The notes under the pieces were generated by a model that worked only from the letters and a program-made list of their open reading frames with translations, was not told the origin of the DNA and did not search any database. The position numbers and the translations under genes are program-made. Below are positions 61,663-63,796 of a stretch of DNA of 63,796 nucleotides, piece after piece. Source of the DNA: Candidatus Binataceae bacterium (GTDB lineage Bacteria; Desulfobacterota; Binatia; Binatales; Binataceae); the NCBI GenBank assembly GCA_050736615.1, contig JBOHWL010000111.1:1-63796 (forward strand), written 5' to 3'. Positions within the stretch are counted from its first letter, which is position 1. The number at the start of each line of letters is the position of its first letter.

Positions 61663-63372
61663 TCAGCGCCGGATCAGCAAACTACGCAAGAAACGCGGAT
61701 CGATCGATTCAGCCGGGTCGAGCTCGGCGAAGTCTTCCTCCAGCACGTTGAGGCAAGAATTCACGAAATCCGCGCAGCGCTTGCGTAGTGCCGGACCCAG
61801 CCGCACTTCCAGTAACGCTGACGTCCGTTGATGAAATTCCCCGTTCAGGCGCGCCGGCGGACCATTCTGTGTCATCAGAAGCGTGCGCACGCGACCCAGG
61901 AGTCGTGGCTCGATCGGTTCTATCGATAGGCTGCCTTCCAGCGTTTGGCGCACCAGCGCGGTCAACAATATTTGACTGAGTTGAATCTGATATCCGGCGA
62001 TGTGGGCGCGAAAGGGCGCGGCGGCGATATCCAAGCCAAGCAAACCGGCGAACAACTCGGGCACCGCCTCGAGCCGCTCGAGCATCGCATAGCCCAAGTG
62101 AAGGTCGGCCATCGTGCGGAACGCGCGCATCAGAACCGCGCCACCACCGTCCAATCCGGCATGGAACAGTGGCTGACGCCGCAGAAACCCGCTGAGCGCC
62201 TCGCGATAAGGCGAATCGAGATAGGGTACTTCAGGCGCCTCCTCAGACGCGAGTCCAAATTTGCTCTGGACCAACTCGGCACGCTTGCGCAGATCGATCG
62301 TGAGGCTCACGCCGAGGCGAAATAAGAGCATTAGAGGTGTCTCGCGCAAATGGCCGATTGCGGATGCGAGCTCACCGCCCGCCAGATGCTCGAGCGCAAG
62401 ATTGAGATAATCGTGCGTCATCGCGACCGCGACGCGCACCGCTTCGAGATCGCCAAAGTCCACCGCCCTGGCCACCAACACGCGATTGGCTACCAAGGCC
62501 ATCTCGCTGCGCAACTGCCGCTTACCTTGCGCGGCAAATCCGGCGGTCAGGGCGGCGTTGAAGAGTGAATTATCCGCACCCTGCGGCACTGGTGAGACTT
62601 CGGGCGGCAGAAATTCAGCTTCTTCCAGAACGTCACGCATCGGCGGCGGATATTGTCGGCGCAATTCGGCGAAATTGCGCGGGCTCAAATAGGCGAAGAC
62701 GCTCTGCGATTCGAAAAAATCGGGAAAGCCACGGTCCGCCAGCCGTGACCTGCGGAATTGATAAGCCTGTTCTTCCAGTTCGACCACGACGCCCCAATAG
62801 ATTTCCTCCATCAAGGCGGCGAAATAGTTGTAGTCGCGCTCGAACGCCTCCTCGATGAATTCCAGCAGATACGCCTGGATGGCGTCGTGGCGAATGAACT
62901 CGATGAGGTAATGCTCGTCGAATTGAACGAAACTATCCGACGGCATATCCGAGAATTCCTGCGGCTCATCGATCCTGTGAACTTTGATGTATTGGCGCAG
63001 GAGCAGCGAGACCAGCTCGAGATCGAGTTCCATCAGCGCCTCGGCCATGCGCTCGCGCCCGGCTTCGGCGAGCGCCTCGATCCATTCGCGCATCCGCGTC
63101 AGGTTGGGACGATCTTTATCCCAGCAGTCGAGGTCGAACAGCCATTTTATCTGTTCGGGGATCGCGAGGCTCAAAAGATCGCCGGCGTCAGCGCTGCCAA
63201 TCTCCTTGAGCGTGTAAAAAAGCGTTTCGGGCGCGAATGAACGAACGAGCCGCTCCGCTTCCGGGGCGGACAGGATGAGGTCACGTTTCTGACGTGCGGG
63301 TAGCCCGTAAAGGAACTCCAGCTTTTCCTGGAAGGGCAGGTTGAGAAATTGTTCTTGCCTCGAATCGGCCAT
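61663..63372 (-). CDS. conserved hypothetical protein (DUF6178-like from memory; helical, MgtE-N-like N-terminus)
   Basis: Start placed at MADSRQEQFLNLPFQEKLEFLYGL (the track ORF runs to 63474). About 570 aa with no catalytic motif recognised. The family name comes from memory of similar N-termini and is not verified. Confidence 0.45.
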   Translation of the reverse strand: MADSRQEQFLNLPFQEKLEFLYGLPARQKRDLILSAPEAERLVRSFAPETLFYTLKEIGSADAGDLLSLAIPEQIKWLFDLDCWDKDRPNLTRMREWIEALAEAGRERMAEALMELDLELVSLLLRQYIKVHRIDEPQEFSDMPSDSFVQFDEHYLIEFIRHDAIQAYLLEFIEEAFERDYNYFAALMEEIYWGVVVELEEQAYQFRRSRLADRGFPDFFESQSVFAYLSPRNFAELRRQYPPPMRDVLEEAEFLPPEVSPVPQGADNSLFNAALTAGFAAQGKRQLRSEMALVANRVLVARAVDFGDLEAVRVAVAMTHDYLNLALEHLAGGELASAIGHLRETPLMLLFRLGVSLTIDLRKRAELVQSKFGLASEEAPEVPYLDSPYREALSGFLRRQPLFHAGLDGGGAVLMRAFRTMADLHLGYAMLERLEAVPELFAGLLGLDIAAAPFRAHIAGYQIQLSQILLTALVRQTLEGSLSIEPIEPRLLGRVRTLLMTQNGPPARLNGEFHQRTSALLEVRLGPALRKRCADFVNSCLNVLEEDFAELDPAESIDPRFLRSLLIRR

Positions 63373-63559
63373 ATGGCATCGCTGAGCGGTCCATCTAGTT
63401 TCGCAAGATACCCTTCCGCTTGCGTGCCGATCAAGGTGGTTCAACAAACCCGGCGTAAGATCGGCCGTGGGCATCAGAGCGGCATTTCGCTCGTATGCTA
63501 TTTTAGCGGAAAGCTCGATGCATGAGGCGAGGACAAAGGTTGGCCGGCGGCGTGTCGCA

Positions 63560-63796
63560 ATGACTATCGCGGGCAGCGATCCCGGCGGAGGGGCCGGCTT
63601 TCAGGCCGACCTCAAGACTTTCGCCGCTTTTGGGGTTCACGGCTATTCCGTGATCACGGCGGTGATCGCTCAGAACAGTGCGCGAGTCGAGCACGTCCAT
63701 GCGCTTGAAGCCGGCCAGGTTACGGAACAGATCCAGGCGTTGCTCAGGGAGCGGCGTCCGGAGGCACTCAAGACTGGCGCGCTCGCGAGCGCGTCG
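63560..63796 (+). CDS. thiD: hydroxymethylpyrimidine/phosphomethylpyrimidine kinase, N-terminal part (runs off the window)
   Basis: My translation from ATG 63560 is MTIAGSDPGGGAGFQADLKTFAAFGVHGYSVITAVIAQNS..ALKTGALASA, which matches the ThiD N-terminus. The frame is open to the window end. Confidence 0.8.
   Translation, partial: MTIAGSDPGGGAGFQADLKTFAAFGVHGYSVITAVIAQNSARVEHVHALEAGQVTEQIQALLRERRPEALKTGALASAS

Noticed and set aside
63475-63559. An expected TPP (THI-box) riboswitch upstream of thiD.
   Set aside because: I found no CUGAGA / ACCUGAUCUGGAUAAUGCCAGCG-like core in the 85-nt leader, and the region is too short.

Overview
GC-rich bacterial chromosomal window (composition judged by eye). 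I saw no rRNA, tRNA, CRISPR array, integrase, transposase or phage genes. Positions 1-16470 form one co-directional ABC-transporter-dependent (Wzm/Wzt) glycan or O-antigen-type cluster. It holds seven GT4 glycosyltransferases, four methyltransferases (one frameshifted), an SDR epimerase and a decayed GT2 remnant, with a convergent SGNH hydrolase at its end. The rest is mostly core and metabolic genes: two acyl-CoA dehydrogenases, glyoxalase I, a Zn-ADH, several alpha/beta hydrolases, an LLM oxidoreductase, a crotonase and an aldo/keto reductase. It also contains a class III-type PHA synthase locus with a Crp/Fnr regulator, an orphan TolC, RidA, and a ~1280-aa hybrid histidine kinase plus a separate Hpt protein. 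Further genes are an ECF sigma/anti-sigma/secreted-protein operon directly after polA, a GldA/F/G-like ABC module with DUF4340, acpS, a ferredoxin, and UXS plus a DegT aminotransferase. The right end carries a LysM L,D-transpeptidase, uvrD, rlmE, a lipoprotein BFN-nuclease-PDZ fusion and a partial thiD. The most unusual signal is non-coding. A family of nested-palindrome MITE-like elements has 5 clear copies and 1 degenerate copy, with 20-bp termini CTAGGGAAGCTCTGCACAAG. It is accompanied by a GC-rich ~35-60-nt module that occurs inside the elements, alone, and as a tandem array. One element plus the array splits wzm from wzt. Four of the five clear copies start within about 21 nt of a stop codon. 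I did not find a clear novel protein-based system such as a defence island. The best protein-level oddities are the exported BFN-PDZ lipoprotein, the in-frame UPF0175-GloA arrangement, a pseudo-receiver in the hybrid kinase, and an uncharacterised secreted protein in the ECF operon.
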